Shown in pieces: positions 26,001 to 40,282 of a DNA stretch of 64,000 bases. Under the pieces are notes generated by a model. That model worked only from the letters and a program-made list of their open reading frames with translations, was not told the DNA's origin and made no database searches. Source of the stretch: Ramazzottius varieornatus (Eukaryota; Animalia; Tardigrada); NCBI GenBank assembly GCA_001949185.1, contig BDGG01000001.1, positions 8,093,067-8,157,066 on the forward strand. The letters are read 5' to 3'. The position numbers were made by a program, and so were the translations under genes. Position 1 is the first letter of the stretch, and each line of letters starts with the position of its first letter.

Positions 26001-27399
26001 TAATTTAGCCTCACTATACAGAAGGCTGTAAAATAGCGCCGACTTTGATCCGCGAAAGAGTTCGTTTTCTGAAGACGCTGGGAACGAGAAAGTAGAACTT
26101 TTTCTAGCACGCCTTGGAGTCCAAAACTGCATCGCAATTAGGTACCATGGTCACTCCCTTGCTCAGACAGTCTGTACGTACTGGCACGCAGCATACAGTT
26201 TATTCGCCGTACTGCGGCATCCATTTCGTATGACGGAATCCGGTAGCCTATTTCAGAGCTCCAGGTATTACGTCATATCACCCGTTAGGCCAGGTACGCT
26301 CTGTAAAGCGTCGAAGAACTTCGTGCGCGCACGTGCAGCGTTGCATCAGCGTGTCAGTTCATGATTTCTGCCGGAAGAATTCCGGCAATTCCCACGTCTT
26401 TTGGGTTTACCTAACCTTCCTACGCATACTGGATACTGGGTCAGACGCTGCCTTTGTTGGGAGAACTTGCGTCGATCACGGGATGTAATACTGGCTGGTC
26501 GAGCTGCTGTTGGGTAAGTTGAACGAAGACAAACGTAGAAGCCATCAAGTGTGACAGTAACGTTCTCCTGCTTGATTGTTGGTTACTGTTTCAGGTGCGA
26601 CCACTTCGGATGGACGAGACCGATGAGTGACATTCAGCTGTTTGTTTTTCCGTATGTTTGTTCTGTTGCCGAGGTAAGCCTGCATTACTTTGAAGAGACC
26701 ACAGGAACAGGTTTCTCTCAGCGTTCATTTCCAGCTTTCGAGCTACAACACATGACCAGAATGTGTCTTTCCGTTTTGCAGGTGCCTGCACTGGCGACGT
26801 CGGCTGGTTCATCTGAGAAGATTGGGCTTACCCTTCATGAGTTGATGGACCTTTTGTCTCCCTGAACTCTTGCCTTCAACAGATGGATACTGACTCTCTT
26901 TTGAGTTTGGTACAGTGGCCGCTGTGGGCCGTGTTTGTTCCTGTCAGCACGAATCCGTGTTTTCAAATGATGTTGATATCTCTCTCGGTGCTTTCTCTAG
27001 CAGCTATGATCTTCTTGTTAACAGTTTCCTCGTCTGCTTTTTCGTTTCTGTTTGCTCACCAGTCGAATAACGTCTCAATTCTTCCGTGAAAGCTGGTAAT
27101 ATTTTGCAAGAAAAAATGACGGTAGTCGTAGCAAGAATAGGTCCGAGAGTAGCTTTCCAAAGGGGGTACGGAAAAGATCTCGGTAAGGTTCCGAAAATCG
27201 GCAGTGTGGCGGGCGCAAAATAAATTTGCCTTTGGGTTTACCGATTTACCGCGAATTTGTTACTGAAGTTGAACCCCACATTTTCCAAAAAGGGTACGAA
27301 ATACTATTCCAAAAATGGTTTTTGTGGAACTAGGGGTAAGTTGATCGGCTGCGAATTCAAAGCTTCTTTCAAATATCCACATGCGCCTCTTCTTCCAGA

Positions 27400-30200
27400 C
27401 AACGGACGCCGGAGAATCGGGCTAACTCCGGCTCAAAGCCCAGGTATCCAGAGCTTGAGAAAAGAGTCTACGTCGAGATCCTGCAGAGCAGAAATGTGGG
27501 CTTGTCGGTTCGTTTTGATGACGTGCGTGACATGGCTTTGCGGTTTGCTAGAGAAATGAGTATAGAGAATTTTAAAGCTTCTGTCGGCTGGACACAGAAA
27601 TTCTGTAGGAGACACAGGCTGGTGATACACGCCAACACCCATTTGGACAGGAAGACAGACCCAACGGAAGCAGATAAGGTACGATTCTATTGCGGTTCAA
27701 TAGATCAAACGTGGACAAATGAACCGAAAAAAAATTTATCAAGTTGCGCACGTTTATGTTCCTACTGGCTGGAAGCGTGCGTCACTTGAAACAACGATCT
27801 TAGTGAAATCATCTGCTCACGTCCCACTTGTCTGGAAACGCTAGTTTCGCTAAATCACAGCCCTGATCTCATTGTTGTGGGAAGAGGAACTGTCCTTCTC
27901 CAACAGCATTGAAGAACTGGTTTCGGTGAGAGGCAGCCTCCCGGAAAAGATCTTCAACTTCGGTCAGACAAGTGTCTCACTGCAGAACACCTACAGGAAG
28001 ACTCTTTCACCAGTCGGCGTCAAAGATGTCAACGTTATTCACCCTCCCGGCGAAAAAGAACGATTCACCGTAGGACTGGCGATCACTGGAGACGGCGAAA
28101 GACTACCAGCGGTTATTATCTTGAAAGGCGCAGCGAAGTTAGGTTTGCTGTCGCAGAAGATCCTCGAATAGTTAATCTAACCAGACATTTTGTGGGTAGG
28201 TAGTTCGGGAACGGCCTGGTGGAACTCAAGGATGCATCGACAGTAGGTGGATTGGATACTGGAAGGGGGCGGTGAACTCAGCATCCTGATCCGGCATCAC
28301 TTTGCAGCACACATGAATGAAGACAGTTCCCAGCACATTTTGCACCAGCGGATTTACCGGCATTTCACGCTAACACTCTGTTTCCGCACCGGTCTTTCGC
28401 TCTTCGAAGCGTTCTGGCACGGTATGGAGAATCTCGTTTACTTCGTCACGTAAACGGCCCTCTCCATCCGCGTTTCTGGTTCGCACACAACGTTTTCAAC
28501 CCGTAAAAACCGTGAGTTCAAATGAATCGGTTCAGAACGGCACAGTTGGGCTATCTTGCTCCATCTGCGAAACGTGTGCAAGGTGGGTCAGGCCGATGGA
28601 TATTTGATGTATCGACATCGACTCTTTAAATGTGGTGATGTTTCGGTAGCAGTCTTTTACAGTCCGGAAAGGGATCGTGAGACGTAGTATTTTTCCGTAT
28701 TATATGTTTTTGGATGGGATATCATTGAGTATAGAGATTGACGGATGAATATGTTGCCATGGGGCTGTTAAGGGTACGTTAGACATGATGCCCGATGCGA
28801 AAAATCGATTCCCCGTGATCGTTTGTTGATTTTTGTCCGGCCTAAATTCACGTTTGCCGGAGTTTCATTTGTAGGAGCAGCTGGCGAAAGATGAGATAAG
28901 GGTTCAAAGTTCGTTTGTTCCATCCAAAACTCGTATGAACTCCGTCGAACGTCCACATTAAAAAGGTGAGTCTGTACGTGCTCCAAGACGGTTCACGGAA
29001 TTGTTAAAAAATGATTGTTTATTAATGGGCTACTTCTTTAATTACTGCATAAATATCGTCGGCAGTTTCACTGCCTTTGCTCGCAAGCCGTTGAACAAAT
29101 ATTAAAGAGGGTTGCGTTTATTTGAGTCAACGTGCTTGACCGCTTGGTTTTTACCTGCAGGAACCATACTTCAGCGGAAAATGACGTAAAATATCGATGC
29201 AGTAATCACACAAGCAACCCACTGATGAAACTTATTTTGAAGCCCACCTGAATATAAATATTGCTTTCGTTTTCCAGTCATGGTCTCAAGTAGAACCGGT
29301 TGAGCATCTCCAGTATCGCTTCATGATTCCCCACCGGACAACGCCCTGGTTCACATTACATTGGGTGCCGCCACCAGTCACACGATTCCACCTAAGGAGA
29401 TGAAGTCTGTCACTACAAAGGACTCACGTCAACTTGATCCCGCTTCCGGAAGACAACCGATGGTCCGAGACCAGCTTTGATTTTCAGAGAAAACGGCTGA
29501 ATTCGTCGAATGTCCACTGTGCCTTGACAGAATACAGTCTCTGACGAAGGTGAAGTGACTTGATCATCATTTTGTATGAGTCTCACAGTGCATGAAATTT
29601 GCCTGCGTTACTTTTGTTCGTCAGAGGTGTTTTTTACTGTTCTGGTAATCCATGGATATCCATGTTTTCCATCCTAACGTTTCTTTATTGCATCCTTTTA
29701 AACCGTTTCCTCACCGATAAAACCAACCACTCACGTTTTGTCCACGTAATTTCTGGCACGAAGGTTCGAAGCTACCTCGTTATTGCCGGGCAAGAACCGC
29801 GCCCTGTCTTGGTCTGATTTATCCGGCATTATCTGTTTTTCTGTTGCGGAAATGTTACGTTTCAAACAACACGAAAACATCACGAAAACATCACGAAAAC
29901 ATCACGAACCGCCGCAATAACGTGCACCAGTTTTTGCCCGGTTTCCATGTTCAAGAAACGGAAAACGGTGTACGCCGGTTTTCAAATGGCTGGCCCGTTT
30001 TCCTCAGTTTCGTTACGTTTCCGGGGAGCAAAATGTGCTCGGTTCGAAGAAGCTAGGTGAGCGACCAAATCATGATTCCCAGAGGTCTGACTGGCCAGTA
30101 CCAGCCCCTAGATGTTGGAATGAACTACCCCTTCAAAGTTTACATGAAAAGGAGTTACCATGCTTGGCGAAAGGCTCAAAGCGGAACGACCAAGAAAGGA
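27400..30200 (+). pseudogene. pogo/Tigger-type transposase remnant split by a nested insertion
   Basis: RYPELEKRV..FKASVGWTQKFCRRHRL (Tc5/CENPB HTH), IFNFGQT, EKERFTVGLAITGDGERLP, WWNS, LIRHHFAAHM (ends about 28328); resumes about 30045 with MIPRGLTGQYQPLDVGMNYPFK. Confidence 0.85.
28329..30042. mobile_element. Non-autonomous EnSpm/CMC-like element nested in the pogo transposase (1714 bp)
   Basis: Ends cccagcacattttgc and gcaaaatgtgctcgg (1 mismatch in 15), TT duplicated on both sides, subterminal tandem cacgaaaacat repeats at 29870-29908. Confidence 0.72.
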
Positions 30201-30530
30201 TAAAGGATAAACATCCAAACGGAGGGCAGAATAAATTAGCACAAAAATTCAAGCGACAAAATGTTTGTACATAGCATTGCGAAGTTTGGGTAGCTATGAA
30301 GACCGGTGCGAGTGGGAGCAAGCGGAACGGTGATGGCGTCTAAGGTATACCGTAGAACACTGAAACAGTGGGACTGTTTAAAAGGGATCCGAAACTGGCG
30401 CACTGCATGCTGTTGCAGCGTTTTGTTCTTCTAGTTCTTTGTGTTACTACAGCTTAGTGGTTCGACTTCAAATTACTTCAAATTTTCTAGTAAGAGTCAG
30501 ATCTGTGATCCGTCAATTTAAATTAGCATA

Positions 30531-30869
30531 CGAGGTAAACGTTATAATTCGGGCATAGGGGTTTTTCACTCGTAATTCGGGCGTATTTTTTCTCGGCTCC
30601 TGCTGCGCGTAATGAACTGCTTCTTGTTTCCTAAGGTAGACTGATTCCCCTGCTCGAGGTTTCAATAGGTTTGAGAAGGGGAAAGCGTTGTGGATCACGG
30701 GAATTTGGTCTGGGATAGAGATGGGTCTGTCCAATGTTAAGAAGCCTAATGTTGTGTTAACACACGTACGATGAGGGATGAATCAAGCGTTGAAGGAGAT
30801 GTTCAAACTTTTTTCGTTGCCCGAATTATAGTGCAAAAACGGTATGCCCGAATTATGTCGTTTACCTCG
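30531..30869. mobile_element. Tc1/mariner-type MITE, TA TSD
   Basis: ta|cgaggtaaacgttataattcgggcata ... tatgcccgaattatgtcgtttacctcg|ta. Confidence 0.85.
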
Positions 30870-33800
30870 TAGTAACAGTCGGAAAAGCCCGTTTTGAAGT
30901 GGCTTTACTTCTACTAATTGAAACAACACTGATAGCAGAAAGCCTGCTGCACTTCTCCATAGAGATTAAAGTATGCAGCGTGTTCTGCTCTTACGCTGTG
31001 TTGCTTTCAGGTCATGGCTCTATGTTGTCTCTTTTTCCGACCTCGGCACCGAAAACGTTTTTCATCGGTGTTTTCGGCGCCGAAGTGGGACAAGGAGATC
31101 GTTAGTCGATAACCAGCTCCTGACGTGGACCTGCAAATCTGCAACGTTGTAACTTGACTTTGAGGAGCGGTTCCGTCGGCAATGTCCAACTCGAAGGCCT
31201 AGAAAGAATAGAAGCAATTCTCGGCATTGACTAGATTCTTTACCGTCAAGGTCCGGCGACACTCGGTTAAAATAGAGTTGAGGTTCAAGTGAACGTTTAC
31301 AGGGAGTCACAATCAGAGTAGTATGCGGAAGGGGTACTATGGCGAAGGTAGTACGCGGAGCTCTTTGTTAGTGCGAATCTTTGAAACCGGTATCATGAGT
31401 TCTTATCTGGTAAGGGTAGTATGCGGTGCCATTACCTTCAGTATTTGTAGCCAAGTGGTCAAGTTAGATTATACGCAAGATGTTGCGAAAAAGTCGAGGG
31501 GTTTGCATCTTCAGCACCGGCGTAAGCTCACTGCTGCAAAAGGGCGAATTTACCTTGCTGGTAGGTCGTTCGAAGAACCTGAAGTTCGGAAACAGAAGAA
31601 GTTTTGGAACAATTTTCCGAAGAGTCGCAGTACCCAGAGCGTTTTCGCATCAGACAGGAATAATGTCCCGGGTGAAACTGCTGAGTCAAATAGCCAGCGA
31701 TCTGGCACTTGCCGGAGCCATGTTTCTGTCTTACCGACACAAATTCGACTGCAAACATACAACGTTACGAGTATTCTGTAAACAGGTGATGCTAAAGCCG
31801 CAACCTACAACCGGCGACAGCCTGTCTTTTTGCACGTATTGATATAAGCAGATCAAAGTCTGCTACTGCTCTGTCTTGGAGACCTACTCACGTGCCCGAA
31901 CTCGACTGAAAATGTTTAGAATTTCATGCCCTGCTAGCACTGCGCCGCCAAGTTCAGTCAGCTGTTCCTGCAACGGAATAAAGAAAAGCGAACAACTAAA
32001 CAAACTAACGCGCTGTTCAGTGCAGAATTACGAGGCGGTGTATCGGGCTCGAGCTCAGATATACAATGTTCTCTGCAATCACTTAAATACGTCACAAACC
32101 GGATTTTAACAAGAGCGTCAAGTTGCAGGTCACTCTCAGTTAACACGAAGTAATGCGTGACAAACAGTACCCGCACCCAAGGATAGTTTGGGCCAGTAAA
32201 AAGTTTAGGCCTAGCGGAAAAGACGGCAAATCGAGAATTCCACCATAGAAAACTGTCAACAAGTGCATTGGTGTGAATTAATTGCACACGTAAGTACGAA
32301 CATCCGTTCCGCTGTTTCGGAAACGCTTGGCCCAAGCTATTTACTGGCCCAAACTAGCCCATTGCGCGTGCACAGACTGAACCGGATCTTAGCTATACAG
32401 AGGTCCCATAATGTCTTACTGTTCTGGATTCCAAGTTCTCTTACGAAGTTTCGTGAAATCTGGTATGGCGATACATTGTGTATTTTTATTAACGGAGATG
32501 CCGACTGGTTATTAGTCACTTTTGCTAGCCTGCTGTATGTATTTTTTGTTAGCTACCGTGATACAATAAATTATGTTGACATTATACAGTAACACAACAC
32601 CCATAATAGAGAAGTTGCACTTTGCACGGGTACAGAGTCGGGCGTCATTCTCCTGCAGATCCGAAGCCGAAGGGAATTTATCTTGAAGGAAATCTGGTCG
32701 TTCTGGGCGAAATCGACGAGGTCAGTTCTCCGGTTTTTTCTCGAAAACTCTGTGTAATGCAGGCCTGAAGGGACGAGCAGCGCTAGGCTATTCCTAATTT
32801 TAAGCTTCCATAGGCGACATCAGGGTGAAAATATCAAGTCATCTTTCTTATCCAGAACCGGAACGATGAAGTCAGGGCGTAACCAGATTACGAATTTAAT
32901 CTCAAGCTGGAGCGGATTGATTGGAAGCTGCTGTACGATCACAAGAGTTGTCCAGCAATATCCTAAGCTACATATACTGTTATCCTTTGATTTTGTGACA
33001 GCAACTGTGGTTAATCCTTCCAACCGAATTGTTTGCATAGTTTTTTCTGCGTTTCGGGATTATCAAAGAGGTGCATTACAGAGCCTTTTTTCCGAATCTT
33101 ATCACCGTTGATTTTTGCTAACATTTCATTTCTGATTTTATGTAAGGATAGATGTGTCGTTGTTATCACTAAGCACCGTTAGAACAATGCAGGCTGATTC
33201 ACATCATGCCGACGGATTTTAAAGTGCTGCGAAAAATATTGTGCTCATCTTTCTACTGTCAAATTGATTAGCCGGGTAGTTCGAACTCTTGAAATCTTTG
33301 TTTGAAGATCTAAGGCAATGTCGGGTGATGGGGAAAGAATCGTGTTCAACTAGTTTGCATGTACGAGGGAGAGGTCATGATTATGCCGTACCCCTTTCTG
33401 GAATATAAATCTCACGGTTTACTGGATTCGCTGCACCAGCTCCTATGGTTTTTTGTTCCCTACGTGAAAAACTTTGTTTCCTAGAGGTCTGGATAGGTTT
33501 GGGAATAGCCAGAAGTTGTGGATCGAAGAAACTGACCTGGGAAGAGATGAGTCTACCTCATGTTCAAAGGTCTGGACGGAAGCGTGCGACGAGAAATAAA
33601 TCAAGCGGCAACTATAATGTTAAAACTTTTTACGCCGGCAGAGTTACGTCCCGAAAACAGGTACAGCAGAATTTTGTCCTTTCCCTCGTACCTGGAAATC
33701 GAGGGTTGGTTTGGAATTAATTTGGCACGATGAGACTTGTTTGCTACTACTACACCCCGATCAGGCCAATTAGCTACCACTCAATATGCCATGCCAATAT

Positions 33801-35625
33801 CCATGTGGTCACTGCATCGCTCTGAGATTAAATCATTTTCATTCAACGACCTGTTTGCTAACTCCTAGAAAATTACTAGTCAGAAATCTCTTTCCGAAAC
33901 GTCCGAATCCATATTAAGCCGGGAGGAGGTGCGAGGTGGAGAATGCGAGGACTTTCGCACATTTCGAGGTTGTTTTTGAAAACTGGTTTTTCCATCTCCG
34001 TTTGATTTTTCGGGGTATTATTAACGAAAATAATCAGAACATGTTCTAAACTACAGGAAAACATTTTGATACCACGTATTTAGTCATTTGGAAAAGACCC
34101 ATAGACACTTTTCCATTGAGAGATGTTCTCCCGGCCAAAATGGAAAAACTAAACGGTCTTAACCCATTCGCCAGTTGTTTCTGCGCTTTCAAAATCCTTC
34201 TAGATTTTTCCGGTTACGCAGAGTGCTAGTGAAAAATCGACCGATGCTGTCTATCTGAACCCATATCGCGGCATAGCAGGAAAGCGCTATCCCTCGTGTG
34301 AGTTATGATAGACGTGCTGGTAAGCAAAAAACAATTACTTAATTATTATATCTATTCTCTGATGGTAGATCACAAGTGATCAGCTGGGTTCAACAAATTT
34401 GCTCAGAAAATAGTCTTCTATAGAAGAGGCAGCCCGGTAGTACAGGTCGCTTCCTATAAATATTTCGTCGATTAAGGCCAGATATTGCCGGTAAAATGGG
34501 GGGTTTTTTATTGATTGCGCTGATCAAACGATCAAAGTAAAGGCCTTCGAGCATACAATCGTCGCAAGACCTGAAGATGGTCTATCAAACAGGTAGCGGC
34601 ACGGCTCTTACGAGTAAGGTGCACACTTGTTGCAAGATTTCAAAATCCGTCGGCTTGATCTGTATCGACCTGGTTCCATGTTTGTAAGATCAATTGAAGA
34701 TTTTTTTGGGTATTCATAGCTACGTCTGCACGTTTTTCACAGGTCGTCCTAGGTTGTAGAGTGTTCGATAATCCTACATTTGGAAATTTCCAATGACTTC
34801 CGCAACACCAGATTTGAACGTATTCACACAGATCCTGAAATTCTAAAATTAGGTCCACGCAACTTCTAAGGTGATGTTTCATCGTCCAGAAGATTCATCT
34901 AAGGTGAGCAAACCAAATTCTCACAAACTTGCCGCTCAATTAGTATGTGAAGCGGGCAGCGGGAGTGCATTACAACAGAACAGACGAGCAGGTTTTTTTT
35001 CCTTTGACGAGTTTTGCACAAGATAAAGTTTATTAATGGACACTGCGTTCCCTTTCATACAGTTCAACGGACACATTTATCCCAGTAACTTCATTCCGGT
35101 CCGACTCGTACGCCACTCTCTCGTCCTGACCTTCATTACACATGCTCAACAATTTTTCCGGTGTCTGTAACCATTTTCCTTCCAGGAAACAGACTGTGGA
35201 CCTCTGTTCAAAATTAATTGTTCTGACCACTTTTGGCTTCTCAGTGCCATTCGTATGAAATTTCCCACAAAAATTTCATACCTTACTGAACGAGGTTCCC
35301 TTGAAAGACTGAAGTGCTAAATGAATAACGTGTCGCATTACGCTTTTCTCCTGTAAAGTACGACTTTCGTACGTCTCGAGCCTTTCTTCATGTTGTGGTG
35401 ATGGAATGCTGTGCATTCCAACTTTCTGATCGTCAGTCTAGCTTCCTCGCTTGTCCGCATCGGACCTCTCTCCTTTGTCGCTTGTTTAGCTTACTCCCCA
35501 GTCTCATTAATATGTCCCTTGCTGAGTCCTGGTGTTTCCTTCGTTTCTCCTGGTTTGTGCCTGTGTGGCAGAAGTGGTATCACGGCGCTTCTTGGTAACC
35601 TCCTCGCATCCTCTGTGATCTGCTA

Positions 35626-38210
35626 CAGAGGTTCAAAATGGTCCGCTTGGCGGAACCGAACGGAAGTTAACGGAAGTTCCGGTCCGCTTCCGTTCTGGAA
35701 AAGTCCAGATGGTTCCGTTTTTCCCGCTCGGTTTTTGGCTCGTTAGTTTTCCGCGCGTTCCGTTCTTGCCCCACGGGGAAACAGAAATCCGGACGATTAC
35801 ATCACGCTAGCGTATAGTGAAGCACTTGGCTTGAAACTGAGCAATGCATGATTTCTTTCAGACGCGTAATTTGCTAGTTGTGCTGGTGGCACATAACACA
35901 AGCCCGTTTATGTTTTGATATCTGTTCAGCTTGTTGCGATTGATTGTTGATTGACCTCCCACACAACTCTGTTTACAGTTTCCCGTATCTCTGGATTCCT
36001 GATTCCTCATCGCGATCGGTAGGAAACGGGCATCATGTGGGTCAGATCATAACCGGATAGGGTATGAGAAAATGCATGGTTTTCTTCGTAGGTCGGGAGA
36101 GATTTCGGCTGGAGAAGCAGTGGTGGAGTTAATTGACTTGACCGGCCAAGCTTCCAAGAAACGGAGTAGCGAGTCGGGCCGACCAGCAAAGAAAGCCAAA
36201 GCAGCAAAGGCATTGGACCTCGGCGGACTGACGGTAGCCGAAGTACAGCGTGGTCTTACGGAATGAGTCTTTCACGACAAAAAAGAAGGTTGGGGGAAGA
36301 AGTGCAGTGTGGGAACATTTCTTGAGAGTAGTCACAAAGGATACAGAAGACGTGCTAGACTATGTTACCTGCAAGAAATGCGCCAAAGTGTACACCTTCA
36401 ACGTCAAGACTGGAACAACATCGCTCGCCCATTATACCGCTAACTGTAAAGGAAAAGCTGAAAGCGGAATTCAGAAATAGCTGAAGCTGGGAGCAACAAT
36501 GGAAGACAAGCAGCTCATGTCAGAATCCCTGGCGAAGTAATTTTCAGTCCAGCAAATCACCCTTATTCGAAGCCGCGAGTTAGTTTTCATCTGTGGTTCT
36601 GGTTATAGGTATTGTGCACTGGATTCTCGGGCATTCCTGGTGTGTGAAGGGAAGGGATTTGAGCTGATGATCGATGCCGTACTGAAGATAGCGAGAACGC
36701 ACAAGGGAACCCCTTTTTCCGCTCGTGAGCTTCTTCCGACTGCCATCACTGTCAGTACCAGCGTCTCTGTCCAAGCCAAAGCTCTGCGAAAGATATGTGC
36801 GCCGAAGCTGAAACAGATCCGTAGAAGTAGAGGTGTTTGTATCAGTCTAGATGGATGGACGGAAGACTATATGAAGACCAAATTCATGGGGTTCATCATT
36901 CACTACATGGAAGACTACGTTTTGAGGGAAGAGCTGATCACCATCTCTGAATTTGATGCGGCGAAAAGTCAGACAGGTAAGCTTAGCATTTCCGACGTAG
37001 CCAAATGAAATCATCCAGATCGTTTCCCCAAGTAGCGTAAGTTCTCGGATTTATAATCTGAAGACGTGCGCCACTTAGAGCAACGTGCTTATTGAGTCCA
37101 GTGGTCTAAGTGGCGCATGTAGCTGGAGTTTTCGGCTGAAAGAGTGCGTCATTTGGGAAAACGATTCGATTCAATTCGTTTACTGACTTCCTATTCTGCT
37201 TTTATCATAGAAAGCGATGCTACATTACGTCTCTTGGCTTACAGCTGTCGCGAACAAGTCGCGACTCGCGGCTTTGTATTCAAGATGTTGGACGATCTGA
37301 GCATCTCAGAAGCAAAATGTGCGGATGTGACGTTCATAACCGATGCTGCTGCCACTATGGTCGCTGCCTTCAGAGTTCCGAACAGAACGGTTATGAAGTG
37401 TATCACTTGTGCTTGCCACGTGTTGAATACATGCTTACAGAACGCGGCCAACCAGAAGCCAAATTCGCAGTTCAAACTGGATGACGAAGGTCCTCCGATC
37501 TTCACACTTAATTCAGTCATGCAATGCGTTGGTGACATACTGCAAGCAACATCAGTGGCCGTCTTTCGATTGCACCTGTCCAAGCAGTCGAAACACTCTG
37601 GAACTCAAACCTCCACATGCTGGAGTCACTCGTCCGTCTGTACCCCGAACTCGAGAACGTTCTGCAAGAAAGAACCGAAAGAACTTGACTTCCAGGTCCT
37701 GTCGACTTCCTCCGCGCTGTGGCCGAGTTACTTTGACCTTTCGAGCAGGCCACGGTAGCCCTCTGGTCCTCCAGTTCTCCGACGATACATCTTTGTTGTT
37801 CCGTACTTCATCAAAATCCGGACGCATGTTAGGGAGCCGATCTCCGAAGAGTACCGAGATCTTCCTCACTATGGCGATCTTGTAGCGTATCAAGTAAGCT
37901 CAAGTTCGGGGCTCTCTGCATCATGTATTCTGAAAATTATCTACAAGTTATTTTCTGACTCCCAGAAGCAGTTGAAGAAAGTTTGTGACGCAAAGCTGGT
38001 CGTTGACGAACTTCACAAAGCAACTGTGTTCCTGAATCCAGCAATGACAGATCTTCTGATGTATCCTTCCGCCGAACACGCAAAGATTGTGGAGTATGTG
38101 CGTGAAATATGCGGGACAACCAGCTTAACTTCACAGCCAGTAGCTGTGACCGACGATATTGGTTCGTCGGTCGCTGTAGCTTGTATAAAGTCTAACGACG
38201 ACACAGAAGG
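35626..38210 (+). mobile_element. Decayed hAT (Hermes/hobo/Ac-like) transposon with spliced transposase pseudogene
   Basis: Probable left end cagaggttcaaaatgg with aacggaa/ttccg subterminal repeats; BED finger SAVWEHF..CKKC..GTTSLAH; CEGKGF, LLPTAITVS, ISLDGWT, FITDAAATMVAA, CACHVLN, ATVFLNP; in-frame stop at 36478 and frameshifts; right TIR not found. Confidence 0.88.
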
Positions 38211-39222
38211 TGAACTGTTTTGTTCTGAGTGTCTCCACTTTTGGTAATTCATGGCTATATTTGACACTTCGCAATAGAACTTTATACTTCTGACGTCAAA
38301 TTTTCCTCCAGTGCATTCTTACGCATGGTCTCTGATGCTACGGTGGTGATCTGATGTGTTGAGTTTGATGCATCCAGGTGGATATTCACCGGAGCGTCTG
38401 GCTGCAGTTGATTATCGGGACAACGCGGCATCATGTCAAAAGGCGACACTTACTAGGTGGTGGTAGCCCGCAGTTTCACGGTGACAATAAATCAGCACAA
38501 CCAGGTTAGATCGGGCATTGCGTCCGAAACTAGCACGATCCCGCAGTAATGACCGAATACCACTGGAGGCTGTATTATTGCATCAGGCACCGCAAGACGA
38601 GACGATAAGCAGCAGAGCCCAAAGCAGCTAAGAATACCCCGGAAAAGATCAACCAGGCCATAGATATCGAGCTAAATGAAATTGGGGATGTACTGGGTAT
38701 TCTCGCTCGACTGGAAGACTCCAGCACTGGCTTCATAGGCCAGGTATTAGAAGTTTCTTTCTAAAAGAGTTCCACTCTGTTTTGTCAGAAAGAGTAGCAC
38801 CACTGCTTATATAATCCGCGAAGTTCGGTTTAAGAAAACATGGCTCGTCCGGTCTGAAAGCAAGCGAGCCTTTCAATCACAAAGGAGAAGCGATCGCCCT
38901 TGCAGAAGAGACCGCCCTCTCGGCCCACTCGGACCCTAATTCTTCTACCAAGCAACTGTCACCTCAACGGTTGCTGACTTCGACCTGAAAACACTGCGCT
39001 GCCGAGCTGACATTAGGGATGGAGGTGTCGGGAACTGGACTTCCGCTGGCGGTGTCAGGAAATCAACTCCCTCCGCGTTTTCTTGCGCACTCGGGGCTTG
39101 CCGATCCGCGAAAATAACTTCTACGCAGTCTTCAAGGCGGGCTCGTTAATGAAAGGGAAGAATGATGTGGGTGTCGACGAAGGAGTCTGGAGCGTGGCTG
39201 AGCCGCACGACTCAAAAGTCCA

Positions 39223-39636
39223 CAGTACTTCCAACGCGGGTATGATCGCGCAGAAAGTAAATGCGCGTTGAAATACTTTTCCCGCGCATCCATCCGCGAA
39301 CTGTGCCAAGAGTTTGACCGCGGGCGCGAGCGCGGGTAAACCCTTTTTTTTACGCACGGATGAGCAGTTAAGTTGACTTCATCTGCGCATGCACGCGCAG
39401 TGAAATGTCTTGCTTACCTGGTGCATGCGCGGATCAATTCTTGCTCCGCGCATGGAAGAGCGATAAGGACATTTTCTCCTCGTAATTTCTCCAAGCACGA
39501 ACCCGCGAATAAATTCAAGTGAACCGCGCATCCATGCGCGTAAAAACTTTTGTCATAGTCCGCGGGTGGATGAGCGGAAAAAGTATTTCACCGCGCATGG
39601 TGCTTCTCCGCGCATCCACCCGCGTTGAAACTGCTG
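39223..39636. mobile_element. CG-rich MITE-like element (hAT-like CAG ends)
   Basis: cagtacttccaacgcggg vs cccgcgttgaaactgctg (15/18); recurrent cgcgcatcca / cgcgcatgg motif; no TSD seen. Confidence 0.5.
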
Positions 39637-39842
39637 GCGACTTCTGATTCGACGGCTCACCATAGACAGCATTTTGGTCTAGATATACAGAGAGGAAATG
39701 CTGCCTCTTTCTGGGGCCTTTTCAATCTCATGGTTGCGAAAAACTCTTTTAGATTCTGGATACTCGGAACAAGTAAGTCTAGATGAGCAAGGCTTCTTTC
39801 TGTTTGTTTTACATTTGTTGAAATCTTAAAGACGAAAGGGTG

Positions 39843-40282
39843 GGCTATTTTCATCCAGTAAAACCCAAAAAGACTACTGTCAACCACTGAAACTAATTTG
39901 TAGGCAAATAATCCAAATCCAAAAAGCTACTGTCAGAAACTGCACCCAAAATACAGTATACTTGGTTTTATTTGCCGAGTTTTAAAGAGTGAAAGTGACA
40001 ACAAAATTGTTGGAGGCGACTCTTGGTATTCCATTTGTGGTGGAAACTGAGTTTGAAACTGAGTTAAACTGGGAGGCAGAAACTTGTACACACTGGGTAC
40101 ATCCAGTGAAGTCGGTAGATTGCTGTTTCCCCAAAACAGTTGCACTGCAATAGCGATGGCATAGGGATGAAATGCAGTGATCTTTTCTGATTTGGGTGGG
40201 TGACGATAGCTTTAGTGGGTTTCACTAACTAATTACGGTGGGTGACAATAGTCTTTTTGGGTTTTAGTGGGTAACTATAGCC
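39843..40282. mobile_element. Degenerate MITE with about 45-bp inverted arms
   Basis: ggctattttcatccagtaaaacccaaaaagactactgtcaaccac vs gtgggtgacaatagtctttttgggttttagtgggtaactatagcc. Confidence 0.6.

Noticed and set aside
29870-29908. cacgaaaacat tandem repeats (also 24667-24706 and 47088-47127) as a CRISPR-like array
   Set aside because: 10-11-bp units without spacers in eukaryotic DNA; simple or subterminal repeats.
31323-31842. Overlapping 152-aa and 120-aa ORFs
   Set aside because: No recognisable domain and no preferred frame.
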